Assembly: GCA_951406725.2 (NCBI GenBank)
Contig: OX597815.1
Coordinates: 114,638,001 to 114,702,000, forward strand
Length of the DNA stretch: 64,000 nt
Direction of reading: 5' to 3'
Origin: Octopus vulgaris
Lineage: Eukaryota
This document shows, one piece after another, positions 1 through 11,839 of this stretch (positions within the stretch are counted from its first letter, which is position 1; every line of letters begins with the position of its first letter). A model generated the notes under the pieces. That model saw nothing but the letters and a program-made list of their open reading frames with translations. It ran no database searches and was not told the origin of the DNA. The translations under genes were made by a program, and so were the position numbers.

Positions 1-1138
1 ATGCACATACACCGGTTACGCTCATATTACTTGTCAGCTTTCGTTATCCATAAAATATGTGTGTCCTTTATACAAATCGATAAACCGACCCAATATGCCC
101 ATAAGTTATGGTCATATCCATTCAAAATCGCTAAAGCATAGAAATTTGTACGCGGTGTGTGCGTACAGCTAGATACGCCAATAGACTGCCAGCCGTTTTT
201 TAATTGGACGGAGATAATTTTACCCTTGACAGTTGAATACGCGTGCGCATTTGCAGACAGTCCTTAATCCAATGCAGTCGTCCTCCTCCGAAACAAACCC
301 ACCATGCACATCTCCACAGACATGTCATTTAGAATCCCTAGGATGGGTTAGTGATAGATCGGGATTAGAAGCTGTCTATTAGAGGCTCCCGAGACCCCTT
401 CCGTAAGGTTAGTCTAGGTTTTAGTTGAAGGCTTAGTAGTGTTCTGAACCCAACCTCCTCCGTTTCAGTGGATCGGGAGCCCAATTAGCCTTCCGGCGAA
501 AAGGCATACCTATTATATATACCTTAGTTAACCTTGATGTCTTACGTGCTTCTATGCGTCATGAACTTATGACTATTGACCTTACTGCGTTACTTGCTTC
601 AATGCGTCACACTCATAAAATCACTTTGAATGCTGTTTTTCGTGCTCTGCCTTTTCGCCGGAATCAGCACTTTTCTTCCCACCATTGCTATTCACTCATA
701 GGACGAGGGGATTAGGTGAGAGGGGTTGGTGTCAAAAGGGCTGGCATGTGCAACTTGATCACCTCTGCCAGTCAAACTCCCAACCCATGCGCTCCCGTCG
801 CGACACTGATTGCGCAGAACTGGGTTGGGTGTGAAACTCAACAAACAAGATTTATGTGTATTTTCAAAATCATGCTATTTTGCGGCCAAATTCGAGTTTT
901 TCGCTTTCTTCTGCTTCTTTTTTTGTCTGACTAATGGCATGTACACAGTCCCGCTAATTTTCCATGATTATGCCGTTCCAGGTGTGAAAACCGAAGTCCA
1001 ATGAATATTAATTACTCTCATAAAAAGCTCCAACTAGCTCATAAACAACAAAACTGGCCCGGGTTGAAATGCGATAGGAAACTTAGCTCTTGATTTAGTG
1101 AGAAATTTTTACTGCGACCCGGCAACGAGCAACAAGCA

Positions 1139-1178
1139 ACTAGCACTAAACCCGGCAACGCCGGGTCATAGTGCTAGT
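1139..1178 (+). mobile_element. Helitron-type 3' terminus (element probably extends left; 5' end not identified)
   Basis: GC hairpin ACCCGGC-AAC-GCCGGGT, 7-nt spacer, then CTAG followed by T. Confidence 0.65.
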
Positions 1179-1628
1179 ATGTGTGTGTGTGTGTGTATGT
1201 ATAAACCTCTGTAAATCTATACGTTTAAAGAGAAAGATAATCAACATCTTACAATTGCATTAGTTTTAATATTTACCATAATTTTTTACGTAATCTCGGA
1301 CAAATTACGTAACAAATTATGGTGAATATTAAAACAAGTGTAATTGAAAGATGTTCTCTCTCTTTCACTTTTCTTTCTGTTATAGATTTGCCGTTTCGTC
1401 GAGAGTTATGTTTATTTGAGAAACTTATTATTAGAAAAGCTGCAGTATTTAATATGAACATCTTAATATTGTCAGCAACAGGTCAGAGAGTTCCCATGCT
1501 ACAGTTCAAGTATTTAGGATATTAAGTAAACATTCTCTGCTTTATAAATAAGACAAAATATACGTCCTGTTGATTCAACAAAGTTTATTATGTAATAAGG
1601 GGCAAAAATTTTCGTTATATTTGCTTAG

Positions 1629-1633
<5 letters not shown>

Positions 1634-1675
<42 letters not shown>
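1634..1675. repeat. (TA)n microsatellite
   Basis: Pure TA run. Confidence 0.95.
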
Positions 1676-1677
<2 letters not shown>

Positions 1678-2584
1678 GTCTAGTGTCCTTCACCGATTTT
1701 GACATGTTGACTCAAGAAACACACAATTTGACCGCGCCCTAGTTTGTTTAAATATGCATTTGTGGGATCTGAAATCTGTGAGGATATTATTATCACATTT
1801 TTTTTTTTTTGTACTTAAAAAGAAAAGGCACAGATTTAGTCTGTTGAAAACATGAGTGCATGATAGTTTTCTCCAGGCAGAACTTTACAGTTACACACAT
1901 CTCCGAACCCGAATATGTATGTAATATTGATGCATGATTAAAAATTATCCACGGCTAATTCTGTGATTTCACCGTAAATTCTGATATACAAACGAAACAT
2001 TTTATTTTTAATCAATTGCTAGATAGTTTGAGAGTCAATCCCAATTTTTTTCCCGAATTTCTGCCTGTGGGTCTGCAAAGGTTTTGTTCAACATAACTCT
2101 TTGCATGAGACTGTGGAAAGCTGTAGTTTTTAACATTGGCACAATACCAAAAATTTGGAGATGCGTGCATAAATCAACTTCAATAAACCCAGTATTTGAC
2201 CGGCAATTAGTATATCGATTTTGGGGATGAACGACAAAATTGAACAGTACCATTACAAGCGCCACTCCGCTTGTATTGGAATTTTGAAGTTAGAGAGCTA
2301 TCTGACCAAATATAAAATATTTTTATCATTATTCTAGCGATTCTAGCATCCATTACCCTCGATGTGGAAAATAATAGCGCTATAAAATATGAAGCAGTGA
2401 CCAAAAAATTCACAAAAATTTTAGAATTTGAAATTTTGTGAAATTATTTGTTATGGTTGTTAAATAAACTAAGTTTCTCTCATCAACGATTTTTGCTAAC
2501 TTTCTGAGAAAACGGCTTCGAGATTATGAAAATCTTTAAACATAATCTAATTTTTGTAATTATCTGACATAATGGGGAAGCCAT

Positions 2585-2790
2585 TGTAAGGCAGTTGGAC
2601 TTCAGAATTGTTAGAGAATCGGAAAAATACTTTACTCCATTTGTTCTGAGTTCAAATCCAACCGAGATCAACTTTGCCTTTCATTCGTACGGGACCGATA
2701 AAATAAAGTATCAGTCAAGAACTGGATTTGATTGTATCGCTTAATCCCTTACCTTCAAACTTGCAGGTCTTGTGCCTAAATCAGAAACTA
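2585..2790 (+). mobile_element. Degraded tRNA-derived SINE (family A)
   Basis: GTTCTGAGTTCAAATCC B-box and CTTTGCCTTTCAT...GATAAAATAAAGTA body, as in the 5675 copy. Confidence 0.7.
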
Positions 2791-3411
2791 TAATGGGTAT
2801 ATTGTAGTATATACTGAAAAGGATGAAGTATAGCTGAATTTTTAAACTAGTTCGCTTCCAGGTCCTACGCACGATACCATTACGCAGCGTCCTTAGACAT
2901 GTGTCTTCCTCATAAAAACCTTACGAATGGACTATATCTGTAGTTCAAAAGCTTTGTCACAACTATATCATGTTGATTGTGAGTGAAATGGCAGAATACT
3001 CTTCGTACTTGTGGAATATTTAACCATTTTATGTTAATTCAACAAAATCGATTACATCCCCAATTAAAATAGGAAATAAGTAATATGATGAGGCGAAGGA
3101 TATCCTAATAGTAGTAGTATTTATAGCAACAGCAGTAAGCTCGGTCAGTAAAAAGTTTGAGTGCTTCTGTGCTTTTGCTACAAGTGAGAAACCTGAAGCC
3201 TTCTGAAATCCTAAAAGTCTTGTCTTTTTAAATCAGCTGATGCCGAGTTCATTTGATCAGACGTGCGTAGAATGCTCAAAAATTACGTTATCGAACCAAG
3301 TGACTCCCCCTGGCAAAACACAAGAACATATCATTAATGGTCATAGCAAAAGGAGATTGTCTACTGTGAAACTACCAATTGCCCAGGTAAGCGTCTTGGA
3401 TTTTTTTACAG

Positions 3412-3444
<33 letters not shown>

Positions 3445-3480
3445 AATAAACCTGCTTGTGTGGTATAATACTATTCACTT

Positions 3481-4127
3481 TTATTCATTAAATTTGCCAT
3501 GTAGGCAGCACATAGATAAGATAGCTTTGCGGGCTGGACATAGACATTGATGAGGCGAATGATTATGATACAAATATGATAAAGATGGGAGAAGACAGAA
3601 AGCGCCCGCCGACCCTCTGCTTCTCTAAAACATTGTTCTTTAAAAACACATATACAGAGGTATTGACCCTCTTACAATTTAAAACACAATATATTTGAAC
3701 TAAAATGTCCATACAATTATAAAACACAATTTATATACAAATTGGAGGCGATAAACCTCTACAATCCTTCCCCGAGTAATTTTCTTGCAACTTGCAAGCA
3801 TTCCTGCAACCGCAATCCGGGACTCCAAAAAGAAATTCTATAATTCTCGTTTTTACACGAGTCAATTATAAGATCACAAGACTTTCTTTCCAGCACCAGA
3901 GCAGCCCCCTGCGAAGGCCACTCTGGGCTGTCAATACAAGTCGGGTCCCTCAGGACCCGACTATCCATATCATTCTCCCCGAAATTGTCATATGTTCTGA
4001 GATAGCAGAACATATATTCTTCACCACTTTCACTGGGAGGGGCCTCAACTCCCTCGCTAGGTAGCACGCATCCCACTGACGAGGTTATCTTCTTCCCCAC
4101 TCCGGTGACACACATCCCACCGAAGGG
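3481..4127 (-). mobile_element. 647-bp retroposon-like insertion flanked by a 15-bp TSD, carrying ORF 3759-4115
   Basis: TAATACTATTCACTT at both 3466-3480 and 4128-4142; AATAAA at the minus-strand 3' junction. Confidence 0.7.
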
Positions 4128-5674
4128 TAATACTATTCACTTACGTAGCGCGTACCACTGTGACGATTTGCATATCAATGACAAAGTATTTCCCGCCTTC
4201 GAGAAAAGCTATCAGATGTTTCAGCATAAACTTTTAGTTTCGATCTTTCAAATTCGATCATAAAGAATTATGAGCAATCTTATTTGTGAAAACGATTTGG
4301 AAGACACATATGCTTATTTAGAGGATGTCACTAATACGTACTAAAAATATAGAACATAAACATTCAATTTTTTTTAGTAGCTCGCAGATTTAAATTTTCA
4401 ATTAAATCAAATTAGCCATAAACCATCGCCTCCTGGCTTCTCGTGTTCAATTCCGCTTAAAGGATCAAGTTCGACGGACTAATGAATTGTCTACAGACTT
4501 GGTGCTGCGCCGTTCTACTTGCATCGAAAGATTTATTGAAAGGTATGATTACATTTAAGTATTTGACCTTTTATGATTACACTTAAAAATATTGACTTGG
4601 TTTTTTTTATTGTATATACGTGTAGTTTAATATTTGAGGAGTCAGAGTACATGGATTTTATGTAAATAATATATTAGATAACAATACAATTAGTTGAATC
4701 TCTACGAGATGCTGCTACTGGTATGAATATTCTTGTTAACTTCTAAACCTGCAGTCTGCCAGTGCACGTCAGTGAAATTTGTTGTAAATTAAAAATTGAC
4801 TTGAACTGGTTTTCATCTTAAATCAATCATACTTCATTTGGATTCATACACATCAAAAATACCTTTATAAACTATGCACACACATACACACACATACACG
4901 TTAAGTAGGTATGCCTGAAAGAGCTGAATACATATTTCTCTTTTAGTAGGGAGATAATAATCAGAAACAGTTAATACTCTTTAATTCCTATTTGATATTC
5001 CTTTCTTCCTTTTTTTTTTACGTCAAGCGTCACGTGGCAAAGGTAACTTCTTAGCAGGTGTACGTTAAATTAGAAACCACCCACTCTTCTCTCAGACCTC
5101 ATATTTAGATGAGTTTTCTAATATTGATAAGGAAAAGGGTGAATACAGCTGGTATTCTTCTGGGAAATGGAGGAACTGGTGTTTGTTTTTAAACTATACT
5201 AATGGACTCATTTCACGAAATCAGTGAGACTCTAGAAGAATGCGCCTACGATACGTACGATTCTGTTTGTACACCTCTCTTTCCTCACACTGAAGAATAT
5301 TTTCCTGAAAATTTTGATGATAATTAAATAAGCAGCCAAATCCAAACAACCTGATGTAGAATAAAAGTGAGCAGAAAAAAATGTGAGGGCGAGAGAAAAA
5401 AAACAGAAGGTTAAGAATACACACACCCAGAGTTTAGGTTTAGGGATTAAGGTTCGGGTTACGCCGAAAACAGTTGGTGTGCGTATTCTTTATCTGCGCC
5501 AAAAACCATGCAAACTATAGATATGCTCCTGATGCTGAAGAGTTTTTTCCAAAATATACGTTTCAAGTTAAGACCTTCATTCCTGCAATAACTTTGCCTG
5601 AATCATTCTCTTCAGAGAAAGCTTTTGAGGAATAATGGGTTTGGGAAGAAGTGCAACAATATTCAACTATACTA

Positions 5675-6072
5675 AGGCGGTGAGCTGGTAGAAACATTAG
5701 CACGCCGGTCGAAATGCTTAGCGGTATTTCGTCTGCCGTTACGTTCTGAGTTCAAATTCCGCCGAGGTCGACTTTGCCTTTCATCCTTTCGGGGTCGATA
5801 AATTAAGTACCAGTTACGCACTGGGGTCGATGTAATCGACTTAATACCTATGTCTGTCTTTGTTTGTCCCCTCTGTGTTTAGCCCCTTGTGGGTAATAAA
5901 GAAATAGGTATTTCGTCTGCCGTTACGTTCTGAGTTCAAATTCCGCCGAGGTCGACTTTGCCTTTCATTCTTTCGAGGATCAATAAATTAAGTACCAGTT
6001 ACGTACTGGGATCGATCTAATCGACTGGCCCCCTCCTCCAAAATTTCGGGCCTTGTGCCTAGAGAAGAAAAG
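5675..6072 (+). mobile_element. tRNA-derived SINE family A, dimeric (internally duplicated), with TSD
   Basis: A/B-box head; GCCTTTCATCCTTTCGGGGTCGATAAATTAAGTACC central motif; ~115-nt segment repeated from 5723 and 5907; TSD AATATTCA(AC/GT)TATACTA at 5658-5674 and 6073-6089. Confidence 0.88.
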
Positions 6073-7079
6073 AATATTCAGTTATACTAGAAACAATGTT
6101 TTTTTAACTCATTTAGAAACTTATGTTAATAAAAGAGTATTGTTTAGATGCTCTTTAATCAGAGGTGAACTAAAGCACTTCCATACCTACAGCAAGCAGA
6201 AATAATCAGGAAAAGAACAAATTTGCCAAAGCGATCTATCAAGATCATTTTCCATGACAAGATTTATTCCGCTTGTCTCAAGCGGAAGCAATTTCACAGC
6301 TGTCATAATTGATGATCCCAGATTACAGGCTAAAGATAATTTTCACATTTGAAGAGAAACAGTCGCTAGAAAAACTGGTTGCACTTAGCCACTTGTGCAC
6401 AGAAAGTGATTCGTCATGTTACTATTTGAAGACAGAATTAATGATTTTAATTTAAGGAGTATACGCAGAGTAGCAAGAATCCAAATAATAATGTGTCTTG
6501 TCATTCTTAATACTTCTTGCAGATTTGAACGGGAATATCAGATCGTTGTGCGTGTGTACGCGCGTGTGCATGTTGTCAACGTAGAAGATATCTTCTCTTT
6601 AGATAATGTATGTGCATAGCACAATGACCTCTCGATATTAATGGACATTGAAACACCGTGGTTTTTTCGACCGTTTTGTGTCTCCTCAGACAAAGCTCTA
6701 CCTCTTGGACCAATGAATCTCACGAGAGTACGAGCTCTTGTTTATAGGAATCGGCAAACAAATTATTTGCTGGTGCGTGTTGATGTCTGCCAGACTAATG
6801 ATAATTCATGGGGAGTAATCACTAGCGGCACTTTTAAAAGGGCGGCATTTTTCATCCTGTTGTAGGCTATTGCTGTAGGCAATGTTTTTTGTGGGGCCCG
6901 GGAGCAGCAAACGGGCGGACCTCCCCAGGTGGCACACACTCTGGCTACGCTAGTAGGTGTAAAGCACAGCAGCGGAAATCCAAACAAGGCATCTGGTCAT
7001 TATTAATACATTCTGGCAGGTTTGAATGTAAACATTTGATCTCACTACTCTTTTTTTTTTTACACTCCCCTTTTTAGAT

Positions 7080-7707
7080 TAGTGAACCCCTTTGCTTATG
7101 GACTCCTTTGATTCCTATTTTACTCTACTGGACCCCCATAGCTAATTCATATTTTTAAAAGATCCTATTATATTTTTATACTTAAATATTATTAGGAATT
7201 GTATTAAAAAAATTAAAATTAAAATAGGCGTAGTGCTTAACTGGGTTCCGGGTTCAGTCCCACTGCACGGCACCTTGGGCAAGTCTTCTACTATAGCCTC
7301 GGGCCGACCAAAGCATTGTGAGTGGATTTGGCAGATGGAAACTGAAAGAAGCCCGACGTATATATATATATATGTGCGTGTATATGTTTGTGTGTCTGTG
7401 TTAGTCCCCCCAACATCGCTTGACAACCGATGGCGGTGTGTTTACGTCCCCGTAACTTAGCGGTTCGGCAAAAGAGACCGATAGAATAAGTACTAGAATT
7501 ACAAAGAATAAGTCCTGGGGTCGATTTGCTCGACTAAAGGAGGTGCTCCAGCATGGCCATAGTCAAATGACTGAAACAAGAAAAAGAGTAAAAAGAGTAT
7601 ATTTTGTGTATTGTAGATGTATAACCAATTTAATGAACATAATCTTTAAGAACAAAATTTTATATGGGCCCCTTAGGGTCATATAAACCCTAGTTGAGAA
7701 CCATTGC
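7080..7707 (+). mobile_element. hAT-type MITE remnant interrupted by a SINE
   Basis: Ends GTTGAGAACCATTG (TIR-like); body resembles 49021-49200, which begins AGTGGCCCTCAACC. Confidence 0.55.
7227..7598 (+). mobile_element. tRNA-derived SINE family B (CORE-like), head partly deleted
   Basis: GGTTCAGTCCC B-box, CACCTTGGGCAAGT motif, internal TA/TG microsatellite, AAAAGAGT tail. Confidence 0.88.
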
Positions 7708-7754
7708 TTTAGGCGATGTGAGTTCTATAAATAAGAGCTCGTGCGCTTGGTTTG

Positions 7755-7820
7755 AGGGGTAATTTTGGCTGATGAGGCAGGCACACCTAAAGGTCGAAAC
7801 ACCGTTGTGTCTCAGTCCCT
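7755..7820 (+). ncRNA. Candidate type I hammerhead ribozyme
   Basis: CTGATGA (7769-7775), stem II, GAAA (7796-7799), stem III ACAC/GTGT, GUC cleavage triplet ending at 7811; stem I is weak. Confidence 0.6.
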
Positions 7821-7942
7821 AACACCAGTGAATCACGTATGTAATGATTCATATCGTCAAGGTGAGGTATTCTTCGTTGACGGGAAAACTTCAACGATCG
7901 GCTATTTATGTCCGATTCTGCCAGAACGTATTGGCAATGAAT

Positions 7943-8008
7943 AGATGTCTTATTGTTCAATAGTTTTTATTTGCAAGATGTCTTATTGTTCAATAGTTTT
8001 TATTTGCA
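7943..8008. repeat. Perfect 33-bp tandem duplication
   Basis: AGATGTCTTATTGTTCAATAGTTTTTATTTGCA twice. Confidence 0.95.
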
Positions 8009-8202
8009 CACACCAAGAAAGAAATGTTTACAGTTATACAACTTTCAATGTACTTTTAAATTATTTTTAAAAATAAGATTTTTTTGACAAGAGGTCTCCA
8101 TGTATTATGTAGTTTAGGGCCTTGCAAGATTTGAATCAAATTCTAAGACATTCGTCGTAAATATAACTAATTGTCCAATTCATAAAAAATCCCCGATTCC
8201 AG

Positions 8203-8243
<41 letters not shown>
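8203..8243. repeat. (CT)n microsatellite
   Basis: CT run with one interruption. Confidence 0.9.
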
Positions 8244-8414
8244 TCCCATAGCTTTAAGCCAAGACAAACCTCTACTCGAGTAGAACGCTGATTTACTGTA
8301 AACAAACACTTCCTGCAGAGGAAATTTAACTCAATGCAGTAAAATAATGGAGCCTTCATTGATTCCACCTCTGCTACCGCTGCATACAGCAATACAAGAA
8401 GGAAACCACTATGC

Positions 8415-8595
8415 AATCGCTCGACCTGCTAGAAATAAAAGCCAAATCTTCCTGAAATCATTACCTGCAGTCTTTTTTTAAAAGGATGCAGATAAATATA
8501 GTCCTAAACTTATCAGAATGAAAGCTGAGATATTTAAGGTTGGGATGTCTTTCGTCATAAATCTGTTTGTCATGTCTGACTTGGGGACTAAATAA
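8415..8595 (+). repeat. Unclassified dispersed repeat with CTGCTAGAAATAGCAGCCAAATCT core
   Basis: Related segments near 11860, 12060, 14190, 45230 (+) and 18900, 62900, 63150 (-). Confidence 0.55.
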
Positions 8596-8668
8596 TTTAT
8601 TTATCCATTTCATAAGGATTCACGAGTCCGGTGTCTATCACAGCCGAACCAATAAGAAGCATCTACAT

Positions 8669-11600
8669 CAGGGGTGGGATAACCCCCGCCCGCTGACGCA
8701 ACTGCGCCCGCGAGCCCATTTTATTGCGCTCGTAGGCTGACATACTCGTATGTACAAAATAAAGTAAATTTTTTAATTATAAAATTTATACAATACTTGT
8801 ATGCCTATTTGCGACAAAGGTCGGGTTTCCACTACGACTTAAAACGATCAGACTTGAACAGAAATTGTCCGGTAATTGCCATTTGGATGGAAATTCTGTT
8901 TTCACTATAAAACACATATTGCTAGGTTTGTACCACCCCCTTGAGACCCAACTACACTTTAACTGAGAAAACTAAAAAATATATGGCATGTATCGAAATA
9001 ATTTTTATATGAAACGAAAGCTGAAGGATTGTAGAAGATACAGTGTAAAAATTATTCATATCCAAGAACCCCCAAGTATTTAAAGTTTCCTCCCTATTTC
9101 ATTTTCACTTTCTTTACGAAAAAAAAGATCTCCGAAATCGACACTCACCCTCTTTCTGTCAATCGATAAGCAAAAAATATTTTAAAATCTATTAAAAATC
9201 AAAAACAAATTGGTAAAGCTTCATCGAAACAGAAACTATTAATTTGGTACTATGTGAAAAGAATTATAAAAAAAAAAAATACTACTTTTTTTCTGAAAAA
9301 GCAGTGTAAAAATAACTTTTTTTCGAAAGGGGTGTCGCATTTTTGCTATCAGTCGGTGTCAAGGTCAACAGAAGTTACTTTCATCTGCCATCGGTTTATC
9401 CATTATTGCCCTTCCCTATCAACTCGCTTGTCCACACCGGTATGGACAAGGGAGAGAGAAAAATCAAGTTAAACCTTGCAGAACCAAACAGTATCTTAAT
9501 TTTTTGCAGATTTCTATTTTTTACAATTTTTACAACACTAAACGCATGCATTACGACTACACGCCAGTTGGCTTTGATTTTTTCCAGGCAGCTATAATAA
9601 CAAAAATTCCGAGTGATATAAATTTAATTGGTTCATAACTTTGTTAAATCAATTTTTCAATACCCTTATCAATACGGCAAGCGGTTATAAAAATCTTTAA
9701 AAAAAAAAAAAAAGCACCGGCGAACGTGCTTTGTTTGAAAAATGGACTGAGCTTAATTTTTTCATTGAAATAAGTTAACAAGTGCATTTGTCTTATTTAC
9801 AACGAACAAGTGGGCGTTCATAAAAAATATAATATTGAGAGACATTTTGTGAATAAGCATAAGACCTATGGAAATTTGAAAGAATCCGAACGTTTAGACA
9901 AGATACCCTCTTTGAAAGAAAATCTGACCAAAAGACAAACTTTTTTTTTTAAGGCCGATTCTCGAAAGTGAATCAGTTACTTGAGCTAGTTATGCAGTAT
10001 GCGAAAATATTCCTACAAAACTCAAACCACATAGCGATGGTGAATTTGTGAAAGAATGTATCCTTACTGTTGTTGAGAATATATGCCCAGAAAATCTTAG
10101 TTTGTTTGGAAATATTAGCTTATCAAGAAAATCTGTTTCTGATCGTATTAAAGATATTGCTGGTAACCTTCAAAATTCTCTAAAATGTGAATCAGCAGAA
10201 TTCGTATTGTAATAATTAGTTATTGACGAGACAACTGATCTTTCTAATACTGCTCGGATGGCAATATTTATACGTGGAATAACTGCAAAATTCAATATTC
10301 GGGAAGAATTTCTTGCCTTGAAATCGGTGCATGGAACAACTAGAGGTGAAGATTAATTCAAATAGTCAACTCAGCTTTGAAAGATTTTGATTTACCATAT
10401 GAAAAAATGGGTGGTCTTGCTACAGATGGCGCTCCATCTATATTAGGTCGTGATAAAAGGGTTCGTAGCTCTGATTAAGAATGAATTTAAGAAGCGTCTT
10501 TTGGATGCGGATACTTTGTGTGTCGCTGCTTTATGCATATGAAAAGTTTATGTGCTAAATCTCTCAGGATAGGCAATCTAATGAAAGTTGTAACTAAGGC
10601 CGTTAATTTGATAAAAAGCAATGGGTTTCTAAAGATCTTGAAGCCGAATATGGGGATTTATTGTACCATTGTGAAGTTAGGCATTAAGTAAGGCACAAAT
10701 GCTTAAACAATTTTACGATCTGAAAGAAGAAGTGAAAATTTTTATGGATATTAAATGTTCTTATTATAGAACTGAAAGATTAAAAAGTCCCAAAGTGATT
10801 TAGCATTTTTAGTAGATATAACTAGTCATTTAAATAATTTGAACTTGAAACTACAAGGCTCCAATCCGCTGATAACCAGTTTGCCTTCTCATATCGAAGG
10901 CTTTGAATCGATGCTTCATTTATCTGTCACACAATTGAAAAGAAAGTGCTTCACACATTTTCCGAAATTGAGCGAACAAAATCCCGAATAAGCAAAGGAA
11001 TATTTTGACGAGTGTGAAAGTCTTTTGAAGAAGTTTGAAAGATTTGAAGATAAAATCGAACTACGTGTTTTTGAAACACTTTTTGATATGTCCTGAGAAG
11101 GCCCCCAGATTCCTTACAATGAGAATAATTTATTTGTAGTCGGATAACTTAATAAAATCGAAATACAACAAACTGTCTTTATTGGACATCTACACATCCA
11201 TCAATCCTGAGAAATTCCCTGCTTTACATAAAAACGCCTTGAAATTCGCATCTCAGTTTTCGACAACTTATCAATGTGAGCAGTTTTTGCCAAATTGAAT
11301 TATGCAAAAAATCGTTTTCGTACCAGACTTACTAACGAAAACCTTAGTAATGAACTAAGAATAGAAGTTTCTCCAAAGTCATGTGACATTCCTAAACTTT
11401 CAAAAAAAAAAAAAAGCAGTTTCATCCTTCTCACTAAACAAAACCAAATTTTGAAGTTCAGGTTAATTAGCTTTGATAAAATTATCACTAGGACAAATTT
11501 GTTTAAATATGTCATTTACATAATGTTATTATCTAAGTATTAATGTAATTTTTCAAAATTAAATTCGACTTGTGCTTGACTGTTATGATTTCTCGAAATT

Positions 11601-11839
11601 TAGGATAGGTACATTTTGAAAAATATAGAATACCTCATTAGTCATACAGACATCCTAAATTCAGTGGCAGCGTTAATGAGGTTACGCGTTAAATTAATGT
11701 GTTAAACTTATCTTTATTAATGTATATCGAATTATACAAGATATGTACACAGATACAAGAGTCAGAACTTGTGATCTGCACATGGACCTTTCTCTTTGGA
11801 AATTTTTGCTCGCCGCACTAAAAAGTTTCCCCACCCCTG
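8669..11839 (+). mobile_element. Full-length inactive hAT DNA transposon (Charlie/SPIN/Buster group, GTF2IRD2/EPM2AIP1-like transposase)
   Basis: TIRs CAGGGGTGGGATAAC and CAGGGGTGGGGAAAC; 8-bp TSD ATCTACAT/ATCTATGT with central TA; broken transposase ~9730-11420 with KYNIERHF, KPHSDGEFVKEC, IDETTD, TDGAPS, STTYQCEQ, RTRLTNENL. Confidence 0.92.

Larger units (their letters stand above)
3237..7020 (+). pseudogene. Possible degraded multi-exon gene remnant, tentatively trypsin-like (S1)
   Basis: Exon-like segments 3237-3386, 4381-4542 and 6523 to ~7020, each with a good acceptor (the first two also with donors), plus in-frame stops and a frameshift. Only weak motif resemblance. Confidence 0.3.

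Noticed and set aside
9730-11420. Domesticated GTF2IRD2/ZBED-like host gene
   Set aside because: Multiple stops and frameshifts, and the TIRs and TSD are retained; it is a dead transposon.
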